Assembly (NCBI GenBank): GCA_963849325.1
Contig: CAWKHF010000012.1
Location: 1,088,001 to 1,152,000, forward strand
Length of the DNA stretch: 64,000 nt
Source of the DNA: an uncultured Planctomycetota bacterium
GTDB lineage: Bacteria; Planctomycetota; Planctomycetia; Gemmatales; Gemmataceae
Direction: 5' to 3'
The notes beneath the pieces were generated by a model. It ran no database searches, was not told the origin of the DNA, and saw only the letters and a list, made by a program, of their open reading frames with translations. Position numbers and translations under genes: made by a program. Below are positions 1 through 9,760 of this stretch, piece by piece; positions within the stretch are counted from its first letter, which is position 1; the number at the start of each line of letters is the position of its first letter.

Positions 1-625
1 GATTGCGGTCGCTAGTGTACGGCTGGAGGATCGACGCCCGCGAATGGAAGGCGATCACCATGCCGCGATCGCCCTCGGCGTGGGCATCGATCTCCCGCAG
101 CGCTTCCTCCTTGGCCAACTCCAGCCGGTCCTTGCCGAGATCGGCGACGGCCATGCTCGCCGAGTTGTCCACAAGCAGGATGTAGTGCTTGGCGGTGCCG
201 CTGCTGCCGTGGACCTGGAAGGCGAGCACGGAGTAGATGAGCAGCAGCACGACGAGGAGTTGGAGCAACAGCAGCACGTTATCGCGCAGCCATTGGAACA
301 GACTGTTGACGTGCAGATCCTCGATGCTCTTGCGCCACAGGAACGTGCTGGGCACTTGCAGCGGCTTGCGTTTGAGCTTGAGGAAGTAGAGCAGGACGAG
401 CAGCAGCGGCACCAACAAGAGCATGACGCCAGCCCACCCCGGCACCGCCAGGTGATAGCTGAGTCCGAGGTGCTCTTGCAAGAAGCCGTTGACGGCGGAT
501 TCTTTGCCGAGCAGGTTCAAGGCGAGAAGGACGGCGCCGGGCAAGGCGAGTAATAGCAGGACGAGCAGGGAGGCGGGGAACCACAGCCCGGCCAGGGCGG
601 GACCGCGGAGGAAGGATCGGGCCAT
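1..625 (-). CDS. BatA-type N-terminal double-TM domain + von Willebrand factor A domain protein (runs off the window edge)
   Basis: Hand translation from ATG at 625 (not in the ORF track): MARSFLRG...LLYFLKLKRKPLQVPSTFLWRKSIED...LLLLQLL (BatA-like motif), then ILLVDNSASM (vWA DxSxS MIDAS). Confidence 0.8.
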   Translation of the reverse strand, partial: MARSFLRGPALAGLWFPASLLVLLLLALPGAVLLALNLLGKESAVNGFLQEHLGLSYHLAVPGWAGVMLLLVPLLLVLLYFLKLKRKPLQVPSTFLWRKSIEDLHVNSLFQWLRDNVLLLLQLLVVLLLIYSVLAFQVHGSSGTAKHYILLVDNSASMAVADLGKDRLELAKEEALREIDAHAEGDRGMVIAFHSRASILQPYTSDRN

Positions 626-630
626 GTTTC

Positions 631-852
631 TTACTCGCCATCGCCACACAGGTAGCTGTCGAGGTTCGCCGACCAATTCGCTGGGCCGTTCAGTTCCAAC
701 GCGCGTGCGGTGCGGAGAAACGACGGTAGGGCGGTCTCCGTGAGTGGCAAGACCTCCACCGTGAGGCGGACGCGGGTGTTCGGTTCTAACCGGAGTGCTC
801 CCTCGGGCCGCAGCACGGTCCCGTCGTAGATGGCTTCCACGGTCTGAGTCAT
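631..852 (-). CDS. DUF104/AbrB-like antitoxin family protein
   Basis: MTQTVEAIYDGTVLRPEGALRLEPNTRVRLTV matches the AF2212/DUF104 pattern; GAGGGG RBS-like sequence upstream. Confidence 0.75.
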   Translation of the reverse strand: MTQTVEAIYDGTVLRPEGALRLEPNTRVRLTVEVLPLTETALPSFLRTARALELNGPANWSANLDSYLCGDGE

Positions 853-979
853 AATCGCACCCCCTCGTTGAGAATCATTCTACCGCCCCTCGCCCCGCCG
901 CCGAAGGGGAAGCTCAGTGGCCGGCCCACACGGGCAGACACTAGAGTCCAGGCAACCCTCCGCTGCGCGGCAGGTCTGC

Positions 980-2533
980 TCACGACCGCGCCAAAGCGCG
1001 GTCGATGCGGGCCAGGCAGCGCTCACGCCCCAGCAATGCCAGGGTCTCGTAGGTGCCGAAACCTACTGCCTTGCCGGTGACGGCCACGCGCAGCGGTTGG
1101 TTGATCGCCCCCAGTTTGACACCCTCGGCATTAGCGAAATCCTGCACCAATACCTCCAGCGCTTTCGCCTCGAACGTCGCCATCGCCAGGCGCTCGCGGA
1201 CCTTGCGCAGCAGCGCGTTCGCCTCCGGCTTGCGGACGTGCTGGTTGAACGCCTTCTCGTCGTAGGAGAGTTGATCGTCCGGCAGGAAGAAGGCGGCATA
1301 ATCGAGAATGTCGCCGGCCACCTTGATGCGCTCGCCGGCAGCGCGCACGACCTCCGCGACGTAAGCAAGGACGTCGGCCGGCGCCGGCTCTGGAATCAGC
1401 TTCGCCTTTTGCAGAAATGGCAGCGACAACTCTGTCTTGCGTTCGACCGGCACGAGCGCCATGTAGCGCTCCTGGAAGGCGCGGAGTTTCTTGACGTCGA
1501 GGCTGGCCGCCGCCTTGTTGACGCGCTCCAGCGAAAAATGGCCGATCATCTCCGAGCGTGTGAAGAATTCCGTCTTGTCGTCCAGCGACCAGCCCAGCAG
1601 TAGTAGGTAATTGACGATGGCGTCGGGCAGGTAGCCGACCTGCCGGTAGAAATCGACGATGACCGGGTTGAACGTCTCGGCCGTCGCGGCCAGGCCGACG
1701 GCGGCGGCGATGGCTTGGCCGTGCTCGTATATCTGCCGGAAATCCGGATTTTTGAGATACTCCTTGAGTTTACGCTTGCTCAGCTTGTTCTTGCTGCCCG
1801 GTTCGGCGACGAACGGTACGTGGGCGTACTCCGGCAGCTCGTAGCCCAGTCCCTGCGCGATGAAGATCTGCCGCGGCGTGTTCGACAGGTGCTCCTCGGC
1901 GCGGATGACGTGCGTGATGTGCATGTCGTGGTCATCGACGACATTGGCGAGGTTATAAAGACACGATCCGTCGGCGCGTTGAATGACGTGATCGGCCTCC
2001 TGCGACCATTCGACGGCCATATCGCCGCGAATGTGGTCGCGGAAGCGGCAGACGCCCTCACGCGGCATCCGCAGACGCACGACGCTCTTGCGGCCTTCGG
2101 ACTCGAAGCGCGCGCGGTCGGCAGCCGTCTCGGCCATCCAGCGGCGGCTGTAGACGAAAGGACGTTTGTCCTTCTCTGCCGCCTCGCGCTCCGCCTTCAG
2201 CTCGTCGGCCGTGACGTAATCGCGATAGGCCCGGCCATTGTCGAGCAGCGTTTTCACGGCGGCCTGGTAGCGGTCCTGGCGCTCGGACTGGTAGTAGGGT
2301 CCGTGGAGACCGCCGACCTCGGCGCCCTCGTCCCAGTCGATGCCCAGCCAGCGGAAGCCGTCGAGGATCGGCCGCAGCGCTTCGGGCTGGTTGCGTCCCT
2401 GATCGGTGTCGTCGATGCGGAGGATGAACTGGCCGCCGTGACGGCGAGCGAAGAGCCAGTTGAACAGCGCCGTGCGGACGCCGCCGATGTGCAGATAACC
2501 CGTCGGGCTGGGAGCGAAACGTGTGCGGACCAT
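980..2533 (-). CDS. gltX: Glutamate--tRNA ligase
   Basis: VRTRFAPSPTGYLHIGG (HIGH), LRIDDTD, HVIRAEEHLSNTPRQ, KLSKR (KMSKS); GGAG RBS before ATG 2533. Confidence 0.97.
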   Translation of the reverse strand: MVRTRFAPSPTGYLHIGGVRTALFNWLFARRHGGQFILRIDDTDQGRNQPEALRPILDGFRWLGIDWDEGAEVGGLHGPYYQSERQDRYQAAVKTLLDNGRAYRDYVTADELKAEREAAEKDKRPFVYSRRWMAETAADRARFESEGRKSVVRLRMPREGVCRFRDHIRGDMAVEWSQEADHVIQRADGSCLYNLANVVDDHDMHITHVIRAEEHLSNTPRQIFIAQGLGYELPEYAHVPFVAEPGSKNKLSKRKLKEYLKNPDFRQIYEHGQAIAAAVGLAATAETFNPVIVDFYRQVGYLPDAIVNYLLLLGWSLDDKTEFFTRSEMIGHFSLERVNKAAASLDVKKLRAFQERYMALVPVERKTELSLPFLQKAKLIPEPAPADVLAYVAEVVRAAGERIKVAGDILDYAAFFLPDDQLSYDEKAFNQHVRKPEANALLRKVRERLAMATFEAKALEVLVQDFANAEGVKLGAINQPLRVAVTGKAVGFGTYETLALLGRERCLARIDRALARS

Positions 2534-2633
2534 GACGATCAATCTCCAGGCCGACCGCGCCGGCGTCCCCGATTCGACACGGGGACCGGGACGCGGGTTC
2601 GATCTGGATTGTTGTACGGCTAGGAGGGCGGAA

Positions 2634-2706
2634 TCCGAGCCTGAAGCGTAAGCGAAGGAACGGTATCCGAAGGTTGCCGTTCCTTCGCTTACGCTTCAGG
2701 CTCGGA
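2634..2706. repeat. REP-like palindrome, family B (GAGCCTGAAGCGTAAGCGAAGG...)
   Basis: 30-bp perfect inverted arms; related copy at 15231-15300. Confidence 0.85.
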
Positions 2707-2724
2707 GAGTTGCGGCGCGGCGAA

Positions 2725-3794
2725 TTACGCCGCCTCGGCGATCTGGAGTTGCCGCGACGGATGCAGCAACACTTCCAGGGCCGTGACCAGGCGGTCGGGT
2801 CCCCGGCCGTCGATCAGCTTGCGGCCGCAGCGGGCCATGGCCTGGCGTTCGAGCGAATCGCCGAGCAGATCGTTGACGGCCTGGCGGATGGTCTGCGCCG
2901 AGACGTTGGCGTGCCAGCCGAGGCAGGTGGCCGCTCCCTCCTCCTCCAAGCGCTGGGCGGTCGGCCAGTGCGTCTCCGCCTGCACGATGACGATCTGCGG
3001 CACGCCAACACAGGCCAGCTCCAGCGACCAGGCATTGCCGGCGGTGACAGCGAAGTGACAGCGGGCGATGCGGAAGGGTACTTCGCCCGCCTCCTGCACC
3101 ACCTCCAACCGTTCCGGGCAGCTCTCGGCCAGGGCTTGCAGGGCCGACAGTTCGCGGTGGTACGGGCGGACCAGCACGTCCACCCGGCCCACGCGCGGGC
3201 AGTTCAGCAAACACTTGGCCAACTCGCCGGACTGGTTGTTCGGATCGTCGTCGCCCAGGGCGACGACGACGCGGAACGGCTGGGCCGGCTCCTGCGCCCG
3301 CGTCGGCCGCTGCCGGCGGATCTCCGGCCTCACCAGCGCGTAGCGGGCGCCCAGCAACAGCTGCGTGCCGCGCACGAACTCATAAGCCTCGCGGCCCGGC
3401 CCGAGCAGCGGATTGACGACCAGGCGCGACGGGAACGCAGTCTGCGCCAGACTGTCCAGCGACACCACCAGCGCCCGCTGCCGCGCAGGACGCTCAGGTA
3501 ATCCTCTTTGACGTCGGGCGAATCGACGACCACGGCCGCCGGCCGCAGGCGGCGCACTTCCTGCACCACCTCTTCCAGGTCCTCGGCGCTGCCGGCGGGA
3601 TGGCCAGCGTCCAGCCAATCATTGCCGCCGCGCTTGATGGTCAGGCCCAGCGAGCCGGGTTCCAGCTGCGACACGAAGTAGGCCGGCCGCCGACGTCGCT
3701 GGATGGCCGCCGCCAGCGTCAGGCAGCGCGACAGGTGTTCCCAGCCGACGCGGGGCGCGGCATCGACGCGGAAGAGAATGGGAGCGCGAGTCAT
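2725..3794 (-). CDS. PseG/SpsG-like GT-B fold protein (UDP-diacetamido-trideoxy-altropyranose hydrolase family); one frameshift near 3480
   Basis: N-terminal ILFRVDAAPRVGWEHLSRCLTLA; second frame LLGARYALVRPE, VVALGDDDPNN, AVTAGNAWSLELACVGVP. Confidence 0.75.
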
Positions 3795-4150
3795 CTTTTT
3801 CGGTTCCCTGAGAAAAGGGTCGGTTCCTGACCGGAGGTGCGGGCCGGTTCCGCGGCGCGGCGCCGGCGGCGGGCTTCCTCATCCCGTCGCCGATGTTCCG
3901 GGCGGCTTCCCTCGGACGGAGGCTGACAAGTGTGACGTGCGAGGTGAGGGGGGATGGAGCGGCGCGAAGGCCTTCCATCCGTTTCTCTTCTCCGCTAGGC
4001 CGTCCCTGGCCTGGCGCCGGCGTTTCCGATGCGCCTGCGCCCCGAGTCCGTTCGTCGTTGTTCGCGTCGCCGGCCTCGTTCGGCCGGCGGCTCGTTCCAA
4101 CGAGGGCGAATCTTACTCCAGGTTCGCGGCCGATGAAAAGAGCAATTATC

Positions 4151-4183
4151 GAGCCGCGGCAAACGCGAAGCCGCTTGCGGCTC
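4151..4183. repeat. Partial REP-like element, family E (GCCGCTTGCGGCT)
   Basis: Shares the GCCGCTTGCGGCT core with 9692-9739 and 14728-14762; sits at the 3' end of the hydrolase gene. Confidence 0.5.
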
Positions 4184-5024
4184 AATCGCGGCGACAGAAC
4201 CTTGTCACCGCCTCGACGAATTCCGCTTCCTTCTCGAACATGCCCAGATGTCCGCAGTCGGGAAGGAGCCGCAGCTCCGCTTGCGGCAGATACCGACGGT
4301 AGGCTTCGCCATAAGCCGGCGGCACCAGGCGATCGTGTTCGCCCCATAGCAGCAGCGTCGGGCACTGGATGCGATGAAGGCGCTGGGGCAGCTTGGGATC
4401 GTAGGGCCGTTCCCACATCAGCCGGGCCAGCACGGTCATCGCCTGGTAGCCGGCCAAGCGCCGCTCGTCGTCGGGGTTGTCGGCCAGGACCAGCTTGGCC
4501 ATGTATCCCTCGGGGTCATGGAAGAGCAGCGAACGCAGCCGATCGACTTGGGCCATGTCGCGGAACAGGTCCGGCAACGGTTGTTCCTCAACCCACAGGC
4601 CCGGCGCGGCCGAGAGCCACAATTTCTGGACGCGCTCCGGCCAGCGCACGGCGAACTCGGCCGCGATCCAGCCGCCGAGGCTGACGCCGCCCAGGATCAC
4701 CTCGCCCAGCCCCAGCGCGTCGAACAATTCGACATAGTGAAAAGCCATGTCCTCGATGCTGTCGATCTGGTCGAAGCCGCCGCTTTGGCCGAAGCCGGGA
4801 TGCAGCGGGGCGTAGACCGTGAAGTGCTTGCTCCAGGCGGCGTGAAAGGGCAGCCAGCGCATCGATTCGCCGAGAGTGCTGTGCAGATAGACGAACGGTG
4901 GGCCGTCGCCGCCGGACAGGATCGCCGTCGGCCGGCCGCGCACGTCGATCACTTCCGGCTCGCCGCTCTTGCGAGAGAGGAACACGCGGGCGCCGTATTT
5001 GAGCTTCTTCAAGGCGTCGAACAT
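4182..5024 (-). CDS. Alpha/beta fold hydrolase
   Basis: GVSLGG nucleophile elbow, HPGFGQS, LLWGEHDRLVP, CGH. Confidence 0.9.
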   Translation of the reverse strand: MFDALKKLKYGARVFLSRKSGEPEVIDVRGRPTAILSGGDGPPFVYLHSTLGESMRWLPFHAAWSKHFTVYAPLHPGFGQSGGFDQIDSIEDMAFHYVELFDALGLGEVILGGVSLGGWIAAEFAVRWPERVQKLWLSAAPGLWVEEQPLPDLFRDMAQVDRLRSLLFHDPEGYMAKLVLADNPDDERRLAGYQAMTVLARLMWERPYDPKLPQRLHRIQCPTLLLWGEHDRLVPPAYGEAYRRYLPQAELRLLPDCGHLGMFEKEAEFVEAVTRFCRRD

Positions 5025-5804
5025 GAGGCACCCTGGGGTTGTTGCTTCTCGGTGACGATGGCGAGGTAACGCGCTAGATCGCCGAAAGTTTTGATTTCTT
5101 TGGGCAAGGGATTGAGTTGCGAGTTAATGAACTCCACGATGAACGCTGTCGGAAGGAAGAGGAGGGCAGTCACCTTCAAGCTGAGCCACAATCCTTCCAG
5201 GTCTCGTTTCCACAATGCAATGAACAGACCGATCCCGATTTTGAAATAGAACCCTCCACAGCCGAGTTTGATTCGGCTTGGAAGTGGAATTTGATCTTCC
5301 GTAATCCAACGGAGGCGATCCCAAAATCTGTGCAAGCGCGAACCGCGCAACCGCGCGGATAGGCGTGCTGGGGCCGAAGGGGGGCACTGCTGGATGAATT
5401 TGTCCCGTCAGGCGTTCGAGAGCGCGAAAAATGCCGGCGGTCAGACAAGGTTTACCGAGCAAGGTTATCGGCTCCAGGGAAATCGGTTCCAACCGCTCTC
5501 GGATGAAGTCTGCCAATTCTCGAAAAGTGAGCCGAGGGGCAATGTCTCTCTCCCACTCGTCTGGATCCTGGATGTGTAAACCCAAAAATGCCTTCCATTC
5601 TTCCAGGGCACAGGTAAATCCAAAGTGCCGTTGAAGGCGCCAACTCACGTCGCCAAAATCGATTTCATCAAACACACCTCCAGCCTTAAACTCCTCCATG
5701 AAGCGCATGTCGAGATCCAACGGAGCTTCATAGTCGAGTACCTCTCTCCAGATAATCCGAAGACCACTGAAAATTTGTTCCTGCGTGAACGTATTACCGG
5801 ACAT
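5009..5804 (-). CDS. Hypothetical membrane protein with acyl-carrier-protein-like segments; frameshift near 5350
   Basis: Joined ORFs 5124-5804 and 5009-5350; FDEIDFGDV...FG...LTFRELADFI and terminal KTFGDLARYL; AAGGAGG RBS inside the 3' end of the upstream gene; visibly lower GC. Confidence 0.55.
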
Positions 5805-6919
5805 AAGGCAATACCTCCTTCGCCAACATCGCCATGCTCTTGCGCCAGCTCATGCGGCAACGTGCCGGTCTGACAGCCGGTCAGCACCACGCCGACGCCC
5901 AACTCCTTGCGGTAGTGATCGAGCTTCTGCCGCACCGTCTCGGGACTGCCGACAATGGCGAAGACGCCTTTCTCGATGGCGTCCCAATTCGGCTGGTCGG
6001 CGAGGAACTGGCCGCGATTGCGGAGAATAGCGAGCGCCGATTTCGCCGAGGTGTAGCCTGGCGGCGCCAGCGAAATGTTCTTGAGCAGATTGCGGATGAA
6101 GTACCACAAATGCGGCTCGAACTCCTCGCGGGCCTGCTTGTCGGTCTCGGCGACGTACATGGGGATGCCCCAGCCCATCTGTCCGGGGTCGGCCTGGTAG
6201 CCGGCCTTGCTGCACGCTTCGCGGAACAGCCCGAAGACGCGGCGAAACGTGTCGATGTGGAAGTATGGAATACCCATGTAAGCGTAGCGGCGCTGAGCGA
6301 CGAAATCGATCGTCTCCAGGCTGCCGGCGCCGGGAATCCAGATGGGCGGATGCGGCTGCTGCAACGGCCGCGGCCACGGATTGACGTAGCGAAAGAAATA
6401 GTGCTTCGAGTTCCACAGAAACGGGCCAGGCGTCGTCCATGCTTTGATGATAAGGTCGAGCGCCTCGCGGAAGCGTTCGCGGCCGTGAGTGGGGTTGACC
6501 TGGTAGGAGAAGTATTCCGGGCCGCCGCCGATGACCATGCCGGCGACGAGTCGGCCGCCGCTGAGCACGTCGAGCATGGCGAACTCCTCGGCGACGCGCA
6601 GCGGCGGATTGTAAAGCGGCAGGGCGTTGCCGATGACAGCGATCTGACAGCGGCGTGTCCGCTGCGTCAGCGCCGCCGCGATCAGGTTCGGCGACGGCAT
6701 CAGGCCGTAGGCGTTCTGATGGTGCTCGTTGACGCAGATGCCATCGAAACCCAGCTCGTCGGCGTAGGCCAGGGTATCGATGTAGTTTTGATACAGGTCG
6801 TGGCCCTTGACGGGATCGTAGAGCTGGTTGGACAGCCAAACCCAGGCGGAATCGTAGTCCTCGGCGAAGTTGGCGGGCAGGTACGGCCACGACATGAGAT
6901 GAAAGAAATAATACCGCAT
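5794..6919 (-). CDS. LLM class (luciferase-like) flavin-dependent oxidoreductase; frameshift near 5842
   Basis: MRYYFFHLM..., ADELGFDGICVNEHH, PLRVAEEFAMLDVLSGGRL, PRPLQQPHPPIW, IVGSPETV; a corrected frame gives KSMAMLAKEVLPYVR-stop. Confidence 0.9.
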
Positions 6920-6945
6920 GGATGGTTCTCTGCGAGTTGACGGTG

Positions 6946-7449
6946 TTAGCGCTCGCCGCGGATGTTGTAGGAATCGCGGGTGATGGGATCGTCGTAATCG
7001 AGTGGCGCCTCGTCTCGTTCCTCCGCTTCGTCCAGCAGACCGCCGGTCTCGAACAATCTCTTCACCGAAGGGCGGATGAGCAGGATGATGGTGAAGACGC
7101 CGAGGATAGTGCCGAAGGGGTTGAATAGGCAAGCGGCGCAGCCCGTAACCAGGCAGTAGATATAGTGTCGGCATTGGCCGAGGAACCGGCCGGCGACCAG
7201 GAGACAAACCGCCCCGACCCAGCCCAACAGCGAGAGACCGCCGCCCAGGATGATGAAGAACCAACCCATCGCGGCCGGAGGCGGTGGCGGAGGAGCACTC
7301 GGTCCGGTGGCCGTCGGCGGCGGCGCCACGAGGAAAACGACGCCGAGAACGAGATAGATGAGCGGGAAGCACGCGAAGAGAGCCAGCAAGCCGCCGACGA
7401 CGTAATAGAAGATCGAGAGCAATCGGAGATGCTGTAAGTCCTGATTCAT
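6946..7449 (-). CDS. Hypothetical membrane protein
   Basis: MNQDLQHLRLLSIFYYV, several hydrophobic helices, Pro-rich linker, CLFNPFGTILGVFTIILLIRPSV. Confidence 0.8.
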   Translation of the reverse strand: MNQDLQHLRLLSIFYYVVGGLLALFACFPLIYLVLGVVFLVAPPPTATGPSAPPPPPPAAMGWFFIILGGGLSLLGWVGAVCLLVAGRFLGQCRHYIYCLVTGCAACLFNPFGTILGVFTIILLIRPSVKRLFETGGLLDEAEERDEAPLDYDDPITRDSYNIRGER

Positions 7450-7610
7450 CACCAGCCCTCTCTCCTGTATGGAGATACCGTCCCTCGATCAGGTCGGCGG
7501 CGTCGCGGACACTCCACCAATCGACCGTTGACCAGCTCGAAGCCTTTTCCATCGGGCATGGCCAGCAAATCTTCGGGCGTGTACTCGCCCTGCATCGGAT
7601 GCACGTTCAT
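7449..7610 (-). pseudogene. Truncated Uma2/DUF820 endonuclease remnant (53 aa)
   Basis: Hand translation MNVHPMQGEYTPEDLLAMPDGKGFELVNGRLVE resembles a Uma2 N-terminus, followed by unrelated residues and a stop; GAGG RBS. Confidence 0.6.
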
Positions 7611-7757
7611 GGCTCACCTCGGCCTCTTCGGAGACGCGGGACCTCTTCCGTATTGTACCGTCCTTTTCGTGAACTTGGGGTGCTTTCCGCGCCCCGTGGC
7701 GTCTATACTTGATGGGGTGCTTGGGTGCATCGTGTTCGTCTTAGGGGAGACCGTTTC

Positions 7758-8135
7758 ATGTCCTCGTCTCGTCAGCCCGACCGTGACCTGAGTCTGGAGC
7801 GGTTGGGCGACCGCGACGGTTTGCGCCGCGCTCACCTTGGCGAAGCCGCTCAGGTCCGCACCCTGGAGGAATCCGCAAGCCATGTCGAGAGGTCCACGGC
7901 CGCCTACGAGGCGCTCATCGACGCCGTGTTCACCGCGGCGGGGGCGACCGAATGGCTGGACGGGATGCGGCGGAGGGTGGCGGCCATCCTCGCCGGCCGG
8001 GACGCGGCACGGCCTCCCGCGGCGGCACGCGACGCCATCCGTGCGGCGGAGCCAGGGCCGGGGCGGTATCGAGCGCCACTCCTGCATTTCCGACACCGAT
8101 TTCGTCACATTCCCCAAGTCGCCGGTTCTGCCTGA
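7758..8135 (+). CDS. Hypothetical protein
   Basis: ORF with GGGGAG RBS before ATG 7758; no family recognised. Confidence 0.5.
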   Translation: MSSSRQPDRDLSLERLGDRDGLRRAHLGEAAQVRTLEESASHVERSTAAYEALIDAVFTAAGATEWLDGMRRRVAAILAGRDAARPPAAARDAIRAAEPGPGRYRAPLLHFRHRFRHIPQVAGSA

Positions 8136-8165
8136 CCGGAAGCAATCGGGGCCGAGAGACTCGTT

Positions 8166-9662
8166 TCAGAACATTTCCGTACCGACGGGCACGTTGGGCT
8201 CGCCGTCGCCTACCCACACCCAGCCATACTGCGTGTTGCTCGGCGACGGCTGCTTCTGATACTCCTGGCGCAGCTGCGACAGCTTGTCGGCCTTGATCGC
8301 CTGCCGCCGCGCCTTGACGTCGATGCCGAACAACTTCGCCGCGTTAAGGCCGAGGATCTGGTTCTTGATCTCGTCGGTCAGCTCGGCATAGCCGTACTTC
8401 TTGCGCATCTCGTCCGGCATTCGCAGCTTGCGCAGGCGGACGATCTGGCTCTGCGGACTGCCGTTCCAGATGGAATCGGTCCCCCACAGGATGTGGTCGG
8501 TGCCGGCCACCTGGATCATCTGGCCGAGCATGTGCAGACACGTCTTGGGCAAAAACGACGACGTCATGTGAAAGGTGGCGCCCAGCTCGAAGTAGATGTT
8601 CTTGATCGTCGGGTTCTTTTTGAGGACGCGGAGGATGTCGCTGATCCAGGGGATTTCTTGCGGGTCGTCGCTCTTGGGGTCCTTGACCTTGTCGCCGGTG
8701 CCGCTGCCGAGCCAGCCGAAGCCGCGGAAACCGGAGTGATAGACGATGAAGTTCAGGTCCGGCCAATCTTTCGCCGCCTTCTCCAGGTCGCGCGGCGTAC
8801 ACGCCTTCTCGTTGAACGCGCTCAGCGGCAGTCCCTTGTGAACGCACAGGTTCTTGATGCCGAGCTTCTTCGTCTTCTCCCAGAACGGATACGCAACCTT
8901 CTCGTCGTCCATGAACCAGGCCTTCTCGCCCAACTCGGCGCCGGTGTACATCTTCCAGGCGTCGATCTTCAGTTCCTTGACCTGGCGCTCCATCTCCTCC
9001 ATCTCCCTGGCGCCGAGGTTGGGCCGCAACAGGCCGTGCGACAATACGCGCGGCGAGCCGGCCAGGTCGTTGACGTATTTGCGCGTGGCGACCATCTGGT
9101 CGGGCGGCAGCGGGTTCTTGTCCCAATCGCGGCTGGGCACGCCGCTGATGATGGCCATTACCGTGTCGCTGTCGCCGAAGACTTCCTTGACGTAATGAGC
9201 GCGGTTGAGCTGTTCCAGCGCCTCGTCGGTCGATTTGGCGCCAGGACGCAGCATGGTAAAGAAGGTCCGCATGGCCTTGCCGTCCGGCGTCGTGTCGTAC
9301 CACTTGCGGCTGACGTCCACGTGATGCGTCTGCACGTCGAAGATGAACTGGTCCTTGGGCCATTTCTCGGCGAAGGCTTTTTGGTCCTTGACCTCGTCGG
9401 CGGAGACCTGGTAGACGGGCCCGAAGACCTCGTTGAGGGCCATCAGAGCGGCGGCCATGCCGCTGCCGGTGCGGAGGAAATCGCGGCGGCTGACACCCTG
9501 GCCGCGGGCCGCCTCTTCGCTCAGAGCGGTCAGCCGGGCCTCGAACTCCTTCTGCTGGGGCGACTGCGGTGGAGGAATGAACTCCTCGTTGGAGGCGATG
9601 CGCGTCGGGATGGGCGAAGGAGCGTCGGACTGCGCGTCGAGATCACATTGACGTACCCACAT
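8166..9662 (-). CDS. Amidohydrolase family (TIM-barrel metallo-hydrolase) protein
   Basis: FIFDVQTHH, CVHKG, FIVYHSG, ILWGTDSIW, ILGLNAAKLF; internal SRRDFLR motif. Confidence 0.88.
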   Translation of the reverse strand: MWVRQCDLDAQSDAPSPIPTRIASNEEFIPPPQSPQQKEFEARLTALSEEAARGQGVSRRDFLRTGSGMAAALMALNEVFGPVYQVSADEVKDQKAFAEKWPKDQFIFDVQTHHVDVSRKWYDTTPDGKAMRTFFTMLRPGAKSTDEALEQLNRAHYVKEVFGDSDTVMAIISGVPSRDWDKNPLPPDQMVATRKYVNDLAGSPRVLSHGLLRPNLGAREMEEMERQVKELKIDAWKMYTGAELGEKAWFMDDEKVAYPFWEKTKKLGIKNLCVHKGLPLSAFNEKACTPRDLEKAAKDWPDLNFIVYHSGFRGFGWLGSGTGDKVKDPKSDDPQEIPWISDILRVLKKNPTIKNIYFELGATFHMTSSFLPKTCLHMLGQMIQVAGTDHILWGTDSIWNGSPQSQIVRLRKLRMPDEMRKKYGYAELTDEIKNQILGLNAAKLFGIDVKARRQAIKADKLSQLRQEYQKQPSPSNTQYGWVWVGDGEPNVPVGTEMF

Positions 9663-9691
9663 GATGCGGTTCCTCCGGTTCGAGTAACGAG

Positions 9692-9739
9692 CGGGGCCGC
9701 TTGCGGCTTAGCGCTCGCGCCAAGCCGCAAGCGGCCCCG
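9692..9739. repeat. REP-like palindrome, family E
   Basis: CGGGGCCGCTTGCGGCTT...AAGCCGCAAGCGGCCCCG. Confidence 0.8.
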
Positions 9740-9760
9740 TAATTTGTTCTCCTCTCGCGC

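Noticed and set aside
898-980. GCCGAAGGGGAAGCTCAGTGGCCGG resembles the left half of an attC-like cassette site
   Set aside because: No matching GTTRRRY end, no second copy and no integrase in the window; too degenerate to call.
5645-7552. 635-aa ORF suggesting an N-terminally extended LLM enzyme
   Set aside because: The extension is an off-frame read of the membrane gene; the LLM domain starts at 6919.
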